Shown here one piece after another: positions 9,007 to 18,746 of a stretch of 64,000 nucleotides of DNA. The stretch spans positions 74,305 through 138,304 of the forward strand of contig JACRKG010000054.1 in NCBI GenBank assembly GCA_016215315.1, given 5' to 3'. The notes below the pieces were generated by a model. It saw nothing but the letters and a program-made list of their open reading frames with translations, was not told the DNA's origin and searched no databases. This DNA is from Candidatus Woesearchaeota archaeon (lineage in GTDB: Archaea; Nanobdellota; Nanobdellia; Woesearchaeales; ARS49). The position numbers and the translations under genes are program-made. Each line of letters opens with the position of its first letter. Positions within the stretch are counted from its first letter, which is position 1.

Positions 9007-10060
9007 TCTTTATCCTCGAAACAATTCTCAATCTTAATGGTCTACCTAATTGATAATCCGTGTTTAGTTGGTCTATTTGTTTTTCATAGAATTTTCTATC
9101 TTCCTGACTCATTTCTTCAAGAAAGCTTTCTTTCTGAAGCTCTTGAACTTCAGGATGTTCTCCTGTAATTCCTAATTCATAGAAAGTTTTTATTCTATAT
9201 CTTGTTCTAGTTCTGAATAATTCTTTTTCTAAGTTAGTTAACTCAACATTTCCACTGAACAAACCTGTTTTGTCATCAATTAGGCTAGCAGAATAAACTT
9301 TGAATGTTTCTGGTTCACCGCTTCCTAACAATGCATTTGATAGGGTGTGTAAAGCGCGAGTAGCTTTTAATCTGTTAATATCTTCTTCGCTCATTTGTGT
9401 TGGTTTTTTTGTGAAACTTTCTGGATTTGTATTTGCAAACATTCTTATGAATTCTGTTAATACTTTAATTCTTGGACTTTGATAACCTCCAGCAAGTACT
9501 GGAACTGTTTCTTGAATAAAGTAATTGACATCACCCATCACGTGAGAATCGTTTTTTCTTTTTTTAGCTTCAACGATTAATTCTGCTTTATCATCTTTAA
9601 CTGAATTAATTGTTATTCTTTCAATTTGATATGTGTTTCTTCCAACATTGATTACTTTCAAAGGATCATTAACTTTAGCTAAATATTTGTGTAGAACATA
9701 ATCGCAAGTTCTTCTGATTTCATCATCTAAAGAAAGTCTTGCTTCTGAAGGACTTAATAAGAATCCCGGAAGAGCTAATGTGTTTTCTATTAATCCGAAT
9801 CCTTTATTATCGTATAATTTAAAGCTTACTTCCCTTTGTCCGGGTATTTCTTCACAATCATCTATTATTGTGCAAAGAACTTGTTCTGCAAACCTAACAT
9901 GATGGGAATACTTCAGTAGCCATTTATTTTTTTCTATTTGTTTTAGAAATATTTCTATTTCTTTTTGGCTCGGTGGGTTTTTTACTTCTGCCAATCCAGG
10001 CAAGCTTCGCTCTAATAATTTTACTTCGCCAGTAATCAAAGGCAGTTCTAAGCTTCTCAT
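8993..10060 (-). CDS. Hypothetical protein, paralog B of a tandem pair
   Basis: Paralogous to 8008..9006, with a 14-nt overlap suggesting an operon. Confidence 0.5.
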   Translation of the reverse strand: MRSLELPLITGEVKLLERSLPGLAEVKNPPSQKEIEIFLKQIEKNKWLLKYSHHVRFAEQVLCTIIDDCEEIPGQREVSFKLYDNKGFGLIENTLALPGFLLSPSEARLSLDDEIRRTCDYVLHKYLAKVNDPLKVINVGRNTYQIERITINSVKDDKAELIVEAKKRKNDSHVMGDVNYFIQETVPVLAGGYQSPRIKVLTEFIRMFANTNPESFTKKPTQMSEEDINRLKATRALHTLSNALLGSGEPETFKVYSASLIDDKTGLFSGNVELTNLEKELFRTRTRYRIKTFYELGITGEHPEVQELQKESFLEEMSQEDRKFYEKQIDQLNTDYQLGRPLRLRIVSRIKNEKN

Positions 10061-11294
10061 AAGTTAGTAATTGAGTAAACCATTTATAAATCTTTCGTTT
10101 TTTCACTACTGACAAGTAGTCTATTTTTCCATTTTTTAGGTTTTTTTCGTACTCTAGAATTCTTTTATGTTGTTTTTTGGCTGTTTCTTTTAAGTTTTTA
10201 ACTAATTCTTCAATTTTTAACATCAGCTTAAAGAATAATCTTGAATGCTTGTATTTGCCAACAGTCACTACTTCTATTACTTTTTTTAAAATTGCAGGAA
10301 TTACTCCATCCCAAGCGTTTTCTGGAGTTGTTAACATGGCGTGATAATCTCCTAAAGAAATAACCATTATTCTAGGTCTTGGAATATATGCTACTAATTT
10401 ATCCTTTTTTATTGATCTTAGTATGTTTTCTGCTATTGTTTGCCCATGATATTCTGCATTTTGGGCGCATTTTTCTTCAGGTAAATTTGTTATATCTCCG
10501 CCAACAAAAATATTTTTGAATCCTTGAAGGTTTAAGTTTAGTGTTGTGAGTAATCCTTTACTATCTTTTTTATTTTTCAAACCCGGACCTAAAAAAGATA
10601 AGTTTGGTTCTATTCCAGTACACCAAATTATTAAGTCTGTTGGAATTTTTTCTCTTCCGGATGTCAGTACATAATTATATGCATACTTTATTATTTCTTG
10701 CCCTAAGAAAATGTCAACGCATTTTTTTTGTAAGTAATTAAAAGCGACGCTAGATGCTTCTATGTTTTGTCTGGATAATAAACGATCGTGTTTTTCTATT
10801 AAGTTTATTCTTTTCTTTGTTTTATTTATTAATTCTCCAGCAACTTCCGTTCCAGTAAGTCCTCCACCAACTATTGTGACGTGATTTGCTTTTTTTAGTT
10901 CCTCATGAATTTCTTTTGCATCATTAACTGTTTTTAGTAAAAAAACATTCTTAGATTTATGTAAATCTTTTACGTGAGCTCCAGAACAAATCACTAAGTA
11001 ATCAAAAGGATAGTTTTTACTGCCTGCTTTTACTGAATTTTTGGTGACACTGCTTACGGGTTCTGTAATTACTCTAGTTCTTTTGAGAAAGTCGGTGTAA
11101 GGAACTTTTATTTTTCTTTCATAACTCAGTTTTGTTAATAGTTTATGTATTGACGGGGTGAATTGGAAATAGTCTTTATTGTCAAATAAGAGTAAGTTAT
11201 GATTATCTGGCAGTTTTCCATCAAGTATTTTAGCACACTGGGCACCGCAAAACCCTCCACCAATTATTATGATATTTTTACTCAAACAATACAC
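9924..11294 (-). CDS. ndh: Type II NADH dehydrogenase / FAD-dependent pyridine nucleotide-disulfide oxidoreductase with a long basic C-terminal tail
   Basis: Two Rossmann motifs: IIIIGGGFCGAQCA and VTIVGGGLTGTEVAGEL. Confidence 0.65.
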   Translation of the reverse strand: MYCLSKNIIIIGGGFCGAQCAKILDGKLPDNHNLLLFDNKDYFQFTPSIHKLLTKLSYERKIKVPYTDFLKRTRVITEPVSSVTKNSVKAGSKNYPFDYLVICSGAHVKDLHKSKNVFLLKTVNDAKEIHEELKKANHVTIVGGGLTGTEVAGELINKTKKRINLIEKHDRLLSRQNIEASSVAFNYLQKKCVDIFLGQEIIKYAYNYVLTSGREKIPTDLIIWCTGIEPNLSFLGPGLKNKKDSKGLLTTLNLNLQGFKNIFVGGDITNLPEEKCAQNAEYHGQTIAENILRSIKKDKLVAYIPRPRIMVISLGDYHAMLTTPENAWDGVIPAILKKVIEVVTVGKYKHSRLFFKLMLKIEELVKNLKETAKKQHKRILEYEKNLKNGKIDYLSVVKKRKIYKWFTQLLTYEKLRTAFDYWRSKIIRAKLAWIGRSKKPTEPKRNRNISKTNRKK

Positions 11295-11562
11295 CCCTTT
11301 TTTGTATTGTTATTGGTTTTATTGTTTATAAAGCTTTGCTCGTTGAAATCCTCATTGAGTACTTTGTGCGATTGCTTTCGATCGGTGTCGAGATTTTACT
11401 GGCGGTCGGAGGGTGGGTGAGTTCTTTGTGTGCTTTAATAGATTCTTTTTTTATTATTTGTCTATGCCGCAAGAGATAACTAGACTCTGTATGCACACAA
11501 TTGTTTGGCGGCTGAAACTGAGAAAGTTAAACAGGATCAAGAAAAAATTTGAATTCTAAGTA

Positions 11563-11967
11563 TTACACTAAATCAACATTTTCTGCAATCGCGAGTAATC
11601 CTTGCTTTAGTGTTGCTGTATCACAAATTATGTCATGTGTGTGGGGGTTTATCGCCCATTTAATATCTAATGAAGAATTTAGGTTTACAAAGAAAATTGT
11701 TAATTCTTTATTTTTTATTAATAAACTCCAATTTTTGACAACAAAGTCTATGTTTGATGTTTTGTTCAGAGTAACTATTGCTAAGTCTTCATTTATTTTT
11801 TCGCTAATTTTTTCTAAAACTAAATCAGGAAGTATTAGGACTATTTGGTCTTTGCTTTTTCTTTTGACTATTATTTCGTTTTCATTATTCTCTTTAAATT
11901 CAAGAATATCATTAGAAGAATAGTCTTTCATTTTCAAAAATCCCAGGATCCAATTCTTCAAGTCCAT
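11563..11967 (-). CDS. Hypothetical protein
   Basis: An ORF of plausible composition with no recognisable motif. Confidence 0.35.
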   Translation of the reverse strand: MDLKNWILGFLKMKDYSSNDILEFKENNENEIIVKRKSKDQIVLILPDLVLEKISEKINEDLAIVTLNKTSNIDFVVKNWSLLIKNKELTIFFVNLNSSLDIKWAINPHTHDIICDTATLKQGLLAIAENVDLV

Positions 11968-12146
11968 GTAATAAATTATTTTTATTTACTTATTAAATCT
12001 TTTGCTGGAAAAATATAATTTCCAAAAAAACAAATTTGGAAATCATATTTTTCCAGAAAAGAAATCTTTATAAAGAGAGCTATTCTTATTATACTTAGTC
12101 GTAAGAAAGTAATGTCTTTTTTGTTGAAGACAAAAAGAAGGTGTGA

Positions 12147-12872
12147 TTGATGAACGAAGAAGTTATGAGCAAAGTTTTAAGTAATGTTAACCAAGTCAAC
12201 AATTATACAACTCAGTTCTCTCAATTTAAGAATTTACTTCCAACATTATTAGAAAAAGGAATAGATAAAATTGATTTATCAATGTTTGATGATCAAACAA
12301 AAAGCCAGTTATTAAACGTTCTAGGTGAAGAATACTCGAGGAGAGGAAGACTTCATGAAGCTGTAAAAAGTTTTGTTCTTGCAGGAAATCAAGAAAAACT
12401 AAGCAGTATTGGACAAGATTATGAAAGAATTGGCCAAGTTTCTAATGCTGTTGAATGCTATGAATTATCCCAAGACACGCCAAGATTATCCAATTTAGGA
12501 AAAAAATGTTTGGCAGAAGGAAGATTCAGCGAAGCAATAAAGTGTTTTACACTACTAAATGATCATTTAATGCTAACAAGAGTTGGTGAAGAATGTGTTA
12601 AAAGAGCAAAATGGGAATACGCAATTGAAGTATTCAAAGCGATGGGTAATAGCGAAAAGCTAACTTTAGTTGGAGATGCATGTTTACAAGAAAGAAAATA
12701 TGCAGAATCATTTACTTCCTATGAATTAGCAAATAATACTAACAGACTTAATGAATTAGGAAATAATTGTTTAAAAGAAGGTTTATACTCTTTAGCTCTC
12801 AAAGCATACAAAGCAGCAAATAATACTGCAATGTTAACATTCATACAGGAGAACTTTAAACAGAAATTTTAA
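12147..12872 (+). CDS. Repeat protein with about six tandem 29-aa repeats (A.K.F.LAGN.EKL..LG..C...G.Y.E)
   Basis: Internal periodicity visible in the translation; first gene of a 3-gene operon. Confidence 0.5.
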   Translation: MMNEEVMSKVLSNVNQVNNYTTQFSQFKNLLPTLLEKGIDKIDLSMFDDQTKSQLLNVLGEEYSRRGRLHEAVKSFVLAGNQEKLSSIGQDYERIGQVSNAVECYELSQDTPRLSNLGKKCLAEGRFSEAIKCFTLLNDHLMLTRVGEECVKRAKWEYAIEVFKAMGNSEKLTLVGDACLQERKYAESFTSYELANNTNRLNELGNNCLKEGLYSLALKAYKAANNTAMLTFIQENFKQKF

Positions 12873-12873
12873 A

Positions 12874-13428
12874 ATGGACATAGAAAAAATTAAGAAAATC
12901 AATGAAATCTCAAAAAACTTAAGAGCACACCATTTTTCGATGAGCTCTGAAGAAGCAACCAACGAAGCAAAAAGCATTTTTGGAGAATTGGGTTCTCTAC
13001 AACAAGGTCAAGCTTTACAAACAATGCAAGAACCTCAGCCTTCTCAAAATTTACAACAAGCTTCACAAGTATTACAATCCCAATCAAACAACCAGAATGG
13101 ATCTAGTGTTTTGCTTCTTGAAAAGAAATTTCAAATAATTTTGTCACAATCAGTAAAAACTCTTAAAGACGACTTAACCAACTTGCAAGATACTGTTGAG
13201 TTCTTGCAGCAAGAACTATCTAAACTACACCAAAAAGTGGCTAAAATGCAGCAACCAACACAACCAATAGTGCAACAACCACAACAATTTCAACAACCAG
13301 TTCAACAAGCACAACCACAACAAAATAATGTTCAGAAACCAGAAGAACCAAAACAAACTCATCCTAGACAAGGCAACTTAACTTCTGATGACGTTAAAAT
13401 AGAAAAATTCTTTTATTACGGCAAATAA
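12874..13428 (+). CDS. Coiled-coil protein with a Gln/Pro-rich low-complexity C-terminus
   Basis: QQPQQFQQPVQQAQPQQ tract; start is translationally coupled to the upstream gene. Confidence 0.45.
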   Translation: MDIEKIKKINEISKNLRAHHFSMSSEEATNEAKSIFGELGSLQQGQALQTMQEPQPSQNLQQASQVLQSQSNNQNGSSVLLLEKKFQIILSQSVKTLKDDLTNLQDTVEFLQQELSKLHQKVAKMQQPTQPIVQQPQQFQQPVQQAQPQQNNVQKPEEPKQTHPRQGNLTSDDVKIEKFFYYGK

Positions 13429-13433
13429 TTTTT

Positions 13434-14309
13434 ATGAAAGAAAAAAAAGAGAGTTTTTTATTAACAATACTTTTTATTCTAATTCTGGTTGAAGGAATTT
13501 TTTTAGCAGTAACAAACAGTGAAATAAAAACATTAAATGTTCAACTAAAAGACCAATCAGATTATTTTGAGCTAAAGATTAAAACACTAGAAACACAACT
13601 AACAGAATTAAAAAATGTTTCTGATGAAAATTTTGGCAAATTACAAAAAAATCTCGATCTAATAAGTGAAGAAGTAAAAGGAGTGCAAAAAGAAAGTCTT
13701 GAAAAAATAAAAAAAGTCCAAGAAGAAGTAAGCACTAGCAATGGAGATTTTTCTAAACTAATACAAGAAACTCTTCCTGCAGTAGTAAGTATTAAAGCAA
13801 ACACTGGTGTTGGAAGCGGGGTAATAATTCATCCAGATGGTTATGTAATAACAAATTATCACGTGATTAAGGATGCAATGCTTGCAGACTTAACAACCTA
13901 TGACGGAAGCTCACACAAAATAAACATTGTAGCTACAGATGCAAATAGCGACTTGGCAATACTGCAAATAACTGCGGAAAACAAAAAATTTCATTACTTA
14001 GAATTCGCTGATAAAATCATTGCAGGAGAAAGAGTTTTAGCTTTAGGAAACCCTGGAGGACTGGAATTTAGTGTTGCAGAAGGAATAATAAGCGCAACAG
14101 AAAGACCAGGACCTAATGGAATATTATATATTCAAAGTGATGTTCCTATAAATCCTGGAAACAGTGGAGGACCACTAATTAACAAACAAGGACAAATAAT
14201 AGGAATAAATACTCTTAAAGTAAAAGGATTTGAAGGAGTTGGATTTGCAGTACATTACAAGGTTGCAAAAGAAATGGTCGACAAAACGCTTAAGGGCAAA
14301 CTAGTTTAG
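13434..14309 (+). CDS. Membrane-anchored trypsin-like (S1/HtrA-type) serine protease without PDZ domains
   Basis: N-terminal transmembrane (TM) helix. Catalytic-triad contexts ITNYHV (His), DLAILQI (Asp), GNSGGPLIN (Ser). Confidence 0.7.
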   Translation: MKEKKESFLLTILFILILVEGIFLAVTNSEIKTLNVQLKDQSDYFELKIKTLETQLTELKNVSDENFGKLQKNLDLISEEVKGVQKESLEKIKKVQEEVSTSNGDFSKLIQETLPAVVSIKANTGVGSGVIIHPDGYVITNYHVIKDAMLADLTTYDGSSHKINIVATDANSDLAILQITAENKKFHYLEFADKIIAGERVLALGNPGGLEFSVAEGIISATERPGPNGILYIQSDVPINPGNSGGPLINKQGQIIGINTLKVKGFEGVGFAVHYKVAKEMVDKTLKGKLV

Positions 14310-14553
14310 CTTTCAGCTTTGATCGTTTGCGATTTTCTAATTTTATTGATTTGTAATTTTTGAATTTCTTTTTGATTCACCATTATTTTAGGAGCTCAGG
14401 CCGCCGTGAGTTATGTGCAAGAAAAGTTTTTTAATGTGGGTGGCGGCAGCATCATGAGTCCAGAAAAAAATAAAAGAATTTTGTCAGTGCACATGAATAA
14501 TTCTTCTGTTATCAATTCCCGCAGCAGCGGGTGTCAATGTTCCGATCGCCTTC

Positions 14554-14622
14554 TGGTTTATAGTTTATGGTTTGTAGTTCATAGTACGTCCTGTAAACTA
14601 TAAACTGCGAACCATAAACTAA
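14554..14622. repeat. Heptad-palindrome element, copy 1 (imperfect inverted repeat of tandem YRGTTYR heptads around GTACGTCCTGT)
   Basis: ggtttatagtttatggtttgtagttcatagtacgtcctgtaaactataaactgcgaaccataaactaa. Confidence 0.8.
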
Positions 14623-14799
14623 TCTGCGGTCGGCAAGGAGAAAATTTAAGTATTCAAAAAGCTCAAGTAAGTCAGAGACAAATTAATTATTGCCTAACAT
14701 CAAAAAAATACTAATTTTAACTTTTTTTATAAGAATTTTTAAATGTTTTCAAAGCATTTGAATAATTTAAAATCTTGCTTTGTTTTTTAAAAGGGGCTT

Positions 14800-14831
14800 G
14801 TGGGATTCTTCGTTACCAGAGGGAATCCCAC
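14800..14831. terminator. Perfect 9-bp stem hairpin (GTGGGATTC / GAATCCCAC) flanked by T-runs on both strands; candidate terminator downstream of the zinc-ribbon gene
   Basis: A GC-rich stem in AT-rich context, 42 nt past the stop of 14873..15166. Confidence 0.3.
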
Positions 14832-14872
14832 TGCTACCCTTTTGTTCTCATCTGGAGGGCCTAATATCCAGA

Positions 14873-15166
14873 TTAGCGTGAATTGTTGAGTTCAAAATCG
14901 AATGTTCTTTTGAATTGTTCTGAGTGATTTTTTGGTACAAAATTTTTTGCTTCTTCACAATAACAATGAGCACATACGTTGAGTTCTTTCTTGCATACTA
15001 TGCAATTGACTCCTGTACTGAAGTGCTCAAATAATTGTGTTACTGCTTTAACTTCTTCAGGTTCTCCTGCTTGAAAGTCTGACAGCCATTGTGCTATTTC
15101 TAACTGCAGACACTCGCTGCATACCGGATTTGTTATTGCCTCATTGCATATGTTACAATTGCCCAT
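14873..15166 (-). CDS. Small zinc-ribbon protein with four CxxC pairs
   Basis: CNICN...CSEC...CIVC...CAHCYC. Confidence 0.5.
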   Translation of the reverse strand: MGNCNICNEAITNPVCSECLQLEIAQWLSDFQAGEPEEVKAVTQLFEHFSTGVNCIVCKKELNVCAHCYCEEAKNFVPKNHSEQFKRTFDFELNNSR

Positions 15167-15430
15167 ATTATACCTTGAGGCTCTTCAGCAAAGTAAGAAT
15201 TCGTCTTTGCCAAGAGCCTCACTTTAACTTGTTTGTTTATTGTGTGGCTCTTAGCGATAATCACACACAATAATATCTAATAATGTAAATGCACATTTTG
15301 TGACATTAGTTGTGTGATTACTCATAATGTATAGGTAAAAAGAACTTATTTATATATTTTGCGCAAAAATTGTACATATTAACACTCTTCTGACTTTTTG
15401 TTACTAATTGTGTCAAAATGAAAAACCTTT

Positions 15431-15505
15431 TAGTTCACTGTTTACGGTTTGCAGTTTACAGTCGATGCAGTTCTGTAAACTGTGAACTGCAAACGGTAAA
15501 CTAAG
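15431..15505. repeat. Heptad-palindrome element, copy 2
   Basis: tagttcactgtttacggtttgcagtttacagtcgatgcagttctgtaaactgtgaactgcaaacggtaaactaa. Confidence 0.8.
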
Positions 15506-15536
15506 ATTTATATACCTCCGTTCTTCCTCTGTCTTT

Positions 15537-16496
15537 ATGGGCGCATGCGGTATTCAATTATATCAGGAAAATGTAAGTTATGATCAGAATTTTATTGATA
15601 AAATAGATAGTACTGTAAAAAACACTATTGAACAATATCAACTTTTTAATAAGGATGATAAAATTCTTGTCGCAGTTAGTGGAGGTAAGGATAGTACTGT
15701 TTTAGTTCACATTTTGAAAAGTTTAGGTTATTCTTTTGAGTGCGTAACTGTTGATGCACACATTGGTTGTTATACTGAACAAAACTTGTTAAACATTAGA
15801 AAAATGTGCGCTAGTGTAAATGTTAAATTGCACGAAATTCCTTTTAGAGAAGTTTTTGGCGCTTCATTATGCTATATCAGAGATACTTTGAATGAGAATG
15901 GTTTGAACTTAAAATCTTGCACTGTTTGTGGAGTTCTTAGACGATCTTTATTAAATAAAAGAGCTCGTGAAGTTGGTGCAACTAAATTAGTTATGGGACA
16001 TAATTTAGATGACGCTGCTCAAGCATTCATGATGAATTTGTTAAAAAACAAAAATAATTTATCTGCACGAATGGGTGTTACAACTGGAGTTGTAAAAAAT
16101 TCTTTATTAGTTACTCGAGTAAAACCATTATACTTGGTTGCTGAAAAAGATATAGTTGATTATAGTAAAATGATGGATTTTCCAGTATATTACGGCAAGT
16201 GTCCTTGTTCAACTGAAGGATTTAGAAATCATATTAAGGATTTGCTCAATGAATTGGAAAAAGTACATCATAATGTTAAAGAAAACATTGTTAATTATTT
16301 CTTGAAAAAAATGCCTTTATTACAGGAGAAATGTAAGGGCGATATGATTAATAATTTTTGCATTCAATGTGGAGAAGTTACAACTGGAGAATTATGCAGG
16401 CCTTGTAGTTTGCTCCAGGACTTTAAAAGATTCACGCAACCTATTCAATTCTCTGCTGCTCAAGAAGCGCCAAGTGCCGAGCTTAACATTAGTTAA
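15537..16496 (+). CDS. PP-loop ATPase of the tRNA thiolation family (TtcA/NcsA/Ncs6-like) with a C-terminal Cys cluster
   Basis: SGGKDS PP-loop motif; C-terminal CIQCGEVTTGELCRPC. Confidence 0.65.
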   Translation: MGACGIQLYQENVSYDQNFIDKIDSTVKNTIEQYQLFNKDDKILVAVSGGKDSTVLVHILKSLGYSFECVTVDAHIGCYTEQNLLNIRKMCASVNVKLHEIPFREVFGASLCYIRDTLNENGLNLKSCTVCGVLRRSLLNKRAREVGATKLVMGHNLDDAAQAFMMNLLKNKNNLSARMGVTTGVVKNSLLVTRVKPLYLVAEKDIVDYSKMMDFPVYYGKCPCSTEGFRNHIKDLLNELEKVHHNVKENIVNYFLKKMPLLQEKCKGDMINNFCIQCGEVTTGELCRPCSLLQDFKRFTQPIQFSAAQEAPSAELNIS

Positions 16497-17111
16497 TTCT
16501 AAATTTGCTATTCTTATTCTTTTAAGTCTTAGAATTTTGTATTTTAATGTACTCAATGCATCTCTTATTATGTGCTTTCTTCCTTCGTGAAGTATTATTC
16601 TTAACCTTTTATCTGTTTCTAAAGTTATTCTTTTAATTCCTACTTTTCTACCTTCTATTCTCATTTTTTTTAATTTTGAAATATCTTCAATGTTAAATGG
16701 TTGTGCAGTCCAAACTAAGTATTCTTTTTCAGTACCAAAACTGGGATGGGTTAGTCTATTTGCTAATTCTCCGTCATTAGTTAATATCATTAATCCTTGA
16801 GAATTTTTATCCAATCTTCCAACGGGAAAAACTCTTTCTTTTATTCTAACTAAACGCATAATGGTTTTTTCGCCATGCTCAGTACTTACAGTTGATGAAA
16901 TGAATCCTTGAGGCTTGTTCAGCATTATGTAAACAGGACTTTGTAATTGTATTGGTTTACCGTCGACAGTTATTGAGTCTTTTGGTGTGGCTTTATCTCC
17001 CAATATTACAGTTCTTCCATTAATCTTGACTCTACCTTGAGCTATTAATGTCTCGCAAAGACGTCTACTTCCAATTCCCGCTCTAGCAATTATTTTTTGA
17101 ACTCGTTCCAT
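16392..17111 (-). CDS. Pseudouridine synthase of the RsuA/RluB family with an S4 RNA-binding domain
   Basis: An S4-like N-terminus (IARAGIGSRR...GRVKINGR) and the catalytic block VGRLDKNSQGLMILTNDG. Confidence 0.7.
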   Translation of the reverse strand: MERVQKIIARAGIGSRRLCETLIAQGRVKINGRTVILGDKATPKDSITVDGKPIQLQSPVYIMLNKPQGFISSTVSTEHGEKTIMRLVRIKERVFPVGRLDKNSQGLMILTNDGELANRLTHPSFGTEKEYLVWTAQPFNIEDISKLKKMRIEGRKVGIKRITLETDKRLRIILHEGRKHIIRDALSTLKYKILRLKRIRIANLELTNVKLGTWRFLSSRELNRLRESFKVLEQTTRPA

Positions 17112-17113
17112 TT

Positions 17114-17182
17114 TAGTTTGTAGTTCGTAGTTTACAGTTTATAGTACGTCCTGTAAACTGCAAACTGTAAACTGTGAACTAA
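17114..17182. repeat. Heptad-palindrome element, copy 3; starts 3 nt from the start codon of the minus-strand pseudouridine synthase gene
   Basis: tagtttgtagttcgtagtttacagtttatagtacgtcctgtaaactgcaaactgtaaactgtgaactaa. Confidence 0.8.
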
Positions 17183-17192
17183 GAGGGCAATG

Positions 17193-17200
17193 TTTATAAA
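17193..17200 (+). promoter_or_regulatory. TATA box (TTTATAAA) centred about 26 nt upstream of the ATG at 17222; implies a leaderless transcript
   Basis: Archaeal TATA consensus at the canonical spacing. Confidence 0.45.
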
Positions 17201-17221
17201 TCTAGTACCTACTTTCAGAGC

Positions 17222-17758
17222 ATGGACTTCGTCTTTCCAAACAATAATGAAGAGGAATTTGCAAAAACAGCCAAAAAATTAAGCATTGATAATCTGGTTT
17301 TTGTTTATACTGACATTAAGATGGTTAAAAAAATGGAAGGAGTCAAAACTGCATTATTAGCAAGTCCAAAACAAGTTAACAGTGCAAAAAGATTTGTTGA
17401 TTTTGTTATTGTTAAAAGTGGAGAAGATGATCGTTTTGCTTTAGAAAAAAGCAAGCCTGATTTCATGTTTGGTTTTGAGTTTGCAGGAAGAAAAGATTTC
17501 ATGCACCAAAGAGCTTCTGGTTTAAATCAAGTTCTTTGCAAAATAGCTAAGAAAAATAATATAAAGATTTTATTTCCTTTTTCGGACTTACTAAAACAAT
17601 TACCTGAGAATAAAAGTGTAATAATTGGCAGACTAATCCAAAACATTAAATTGTGCAGAAAATATGGAGTTAGTTTAAGCATCTGTTCTTTTGCAAAAAC
17701 TCCTTTTGAGATGAGAAAAATGAAAGATTTGGAAAGTTTTGTCCGAATTCTGAATTAA
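17222..17758 (+). CDS. Probable RNase P protein component 3 (Rpp30-like); assignment tentative
   Basis: A block pattern resembling archaeal Rpp30, recalled from memory: GRKDFMHQ...LCKIAKKNNIKILFPFSDLL...CRKYGVSLSICSFAKTPFEMR. Confidence 0.35.
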   Translation: MDFVFPNNNEEEFAKTAKKLSIDNLVFVYTDIKMVKKMEGVKTALLASPKQVNSAKRFVDFVIVKSGEDDRFALEKSKPDFMFGFEFAGRKDFMHQRASGLNQVLCKIAKKNNIKILFPFSDLLKQLPENKSVIIGRLIQNIKLCRKYGVSLSICSFAKTPFEMRKMKDLESFVRILN

Positions 17759-17836
17759 ATTCAATCAAAGAACTTATTTGCCATCCGATCCCCGTAATGT
17801 TTGATACCTGATTGAAGTCTTCTGATATCTCGCGAA

Positions 17837-18622
17837 TTAGTATTGTTTATTAAATAATCTTTTAATACAATCATCTGCAACGCGGGAGGGTCCGTTTTCT
17901 ATTGATGCGATTAATAATTCTGCTAAGCTTTTTGCGTTTTCATTATTTTTGGTTTTATCAAAAATAACTTCTCCTTTAAATTTAGAAAGATCAAAACAAG
18001 AATAGGTTAAATCTTTTTTTGAAATACTTCCTTCGTGTAATTCATCGCTTTTTCCATCAAAACCGTCATCAAAAACTAACAATACAGGTATTTGTGTATC
18101 TTCCGGTAAATTTTTCAAAAAGTTTTTATCAGTATATTCTTTAGGAATTATTTGGTATGCAGCAACATAAGGTCTGTTTAGTGATCTTAACAATATTTGA
18201 GTACAATGGAATGATTCGCTTTCTTGATTGTAAGTTGTTTCGTTTTCGTTCCATGCGCCGCTCCAAAAAACTATTGAGTTCTCATAATCTGTTTCATTGA
18301 AATCATTGTTTATTATGCTAATCAAATTTAAGCTGTCTTCTTTAGGGTTTGGTTTCAAATCATCTTTTCCTTGTGATTGAAGATATGTTCTTATTTTTTC
18401 TTCATTAATTGAGTTAGGATTAGTTGTAAGAATTTTTAGTAAAACTTCATTAAGCTTGATTACTTTGTATTCAACAATTTCAGAACTAGTTTCTTTTGGT
18501 AATTGAATTATTTCATGTGTTTCAGGCTCAAATTTGTGATTTTTGACTCTGTCAAGAGCATAATAGCCTCCAATACCCAAAATAGTACAAATCGCGGCAA
18601 TACTTACAATTCTTTTGAACAT
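17837..18622 (-). CDS. Membrane-anchored hypothetical protein
   Basis: An N-terminal TM helix; no recognisable motifs. Confidence 0.4.
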   Translation of the reverse strand: MFKRIVSIAAICTILGIGGYYALDRVKNHKFEPETHEIIQLPKETSSEIVEYKVIKLNEVLLKILTTNPNSINEEKIRTYLQSQGKDDLKPNPKEDSLNLISIINNDFNETDYENSIVFWSGAWNENETTYNQESESFHCTQILLRSLNRPYVAAYQIIPKEYTDKNFLKNLPEDTQIPVLLVFDDGFDGKSDELHEGSISKKDLTYSCFDLSKFKGEVIFDKTKNNENAKSLAELLIASIENGPSRVADDCIKRLFNKQY

Positions 18623-18676
18623 TTGTTTATTTAAGAAAGTAGATTTTATAAGCTTTTAATATTAACAATAACAAAC

Positions 18677-18746
18677 TAGTTCATAGTTTACGGTTTGCAG
18701 TTTACAGTACGTCCTGTAAACTGTGAACTACAAACCGTAAACTAAC
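18677..18746. repeat. Heptad-palindrome element, copy 4; its terminal CTA supplies the TAG stop of the minus-strand gene 18742..20181
   Basis: tagttcatagtttacggtttgcagtttacagtacgtcctgtaaactgtgaactacaaaccgtaaactaa. Confidence 0.8.

Noticed and set aside
14406-14603. ORF-track ORFs 14406..14603, 7318..7533, 5343..5561, 6044..6295, 878..1060, 1609..1885 and many other 60-130-aa ORFs
   Set aside because: They lie antisense to or out of frame within better-supported genes, or are composed of repeat-element or low-complexity sequence (Leu/Phe/Ser-rich translations of A/T runs). They are not reported as genes.
16392-16496. 105-nt convergent overlap between the PP-loop ATPase gene and the pseudouridine synthase gene, possibly an annotation error
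   Set aside because: Both C-termini look plausible and I cannot decide which stop is real without homologs. It is noted but not treated as a pseudogene.
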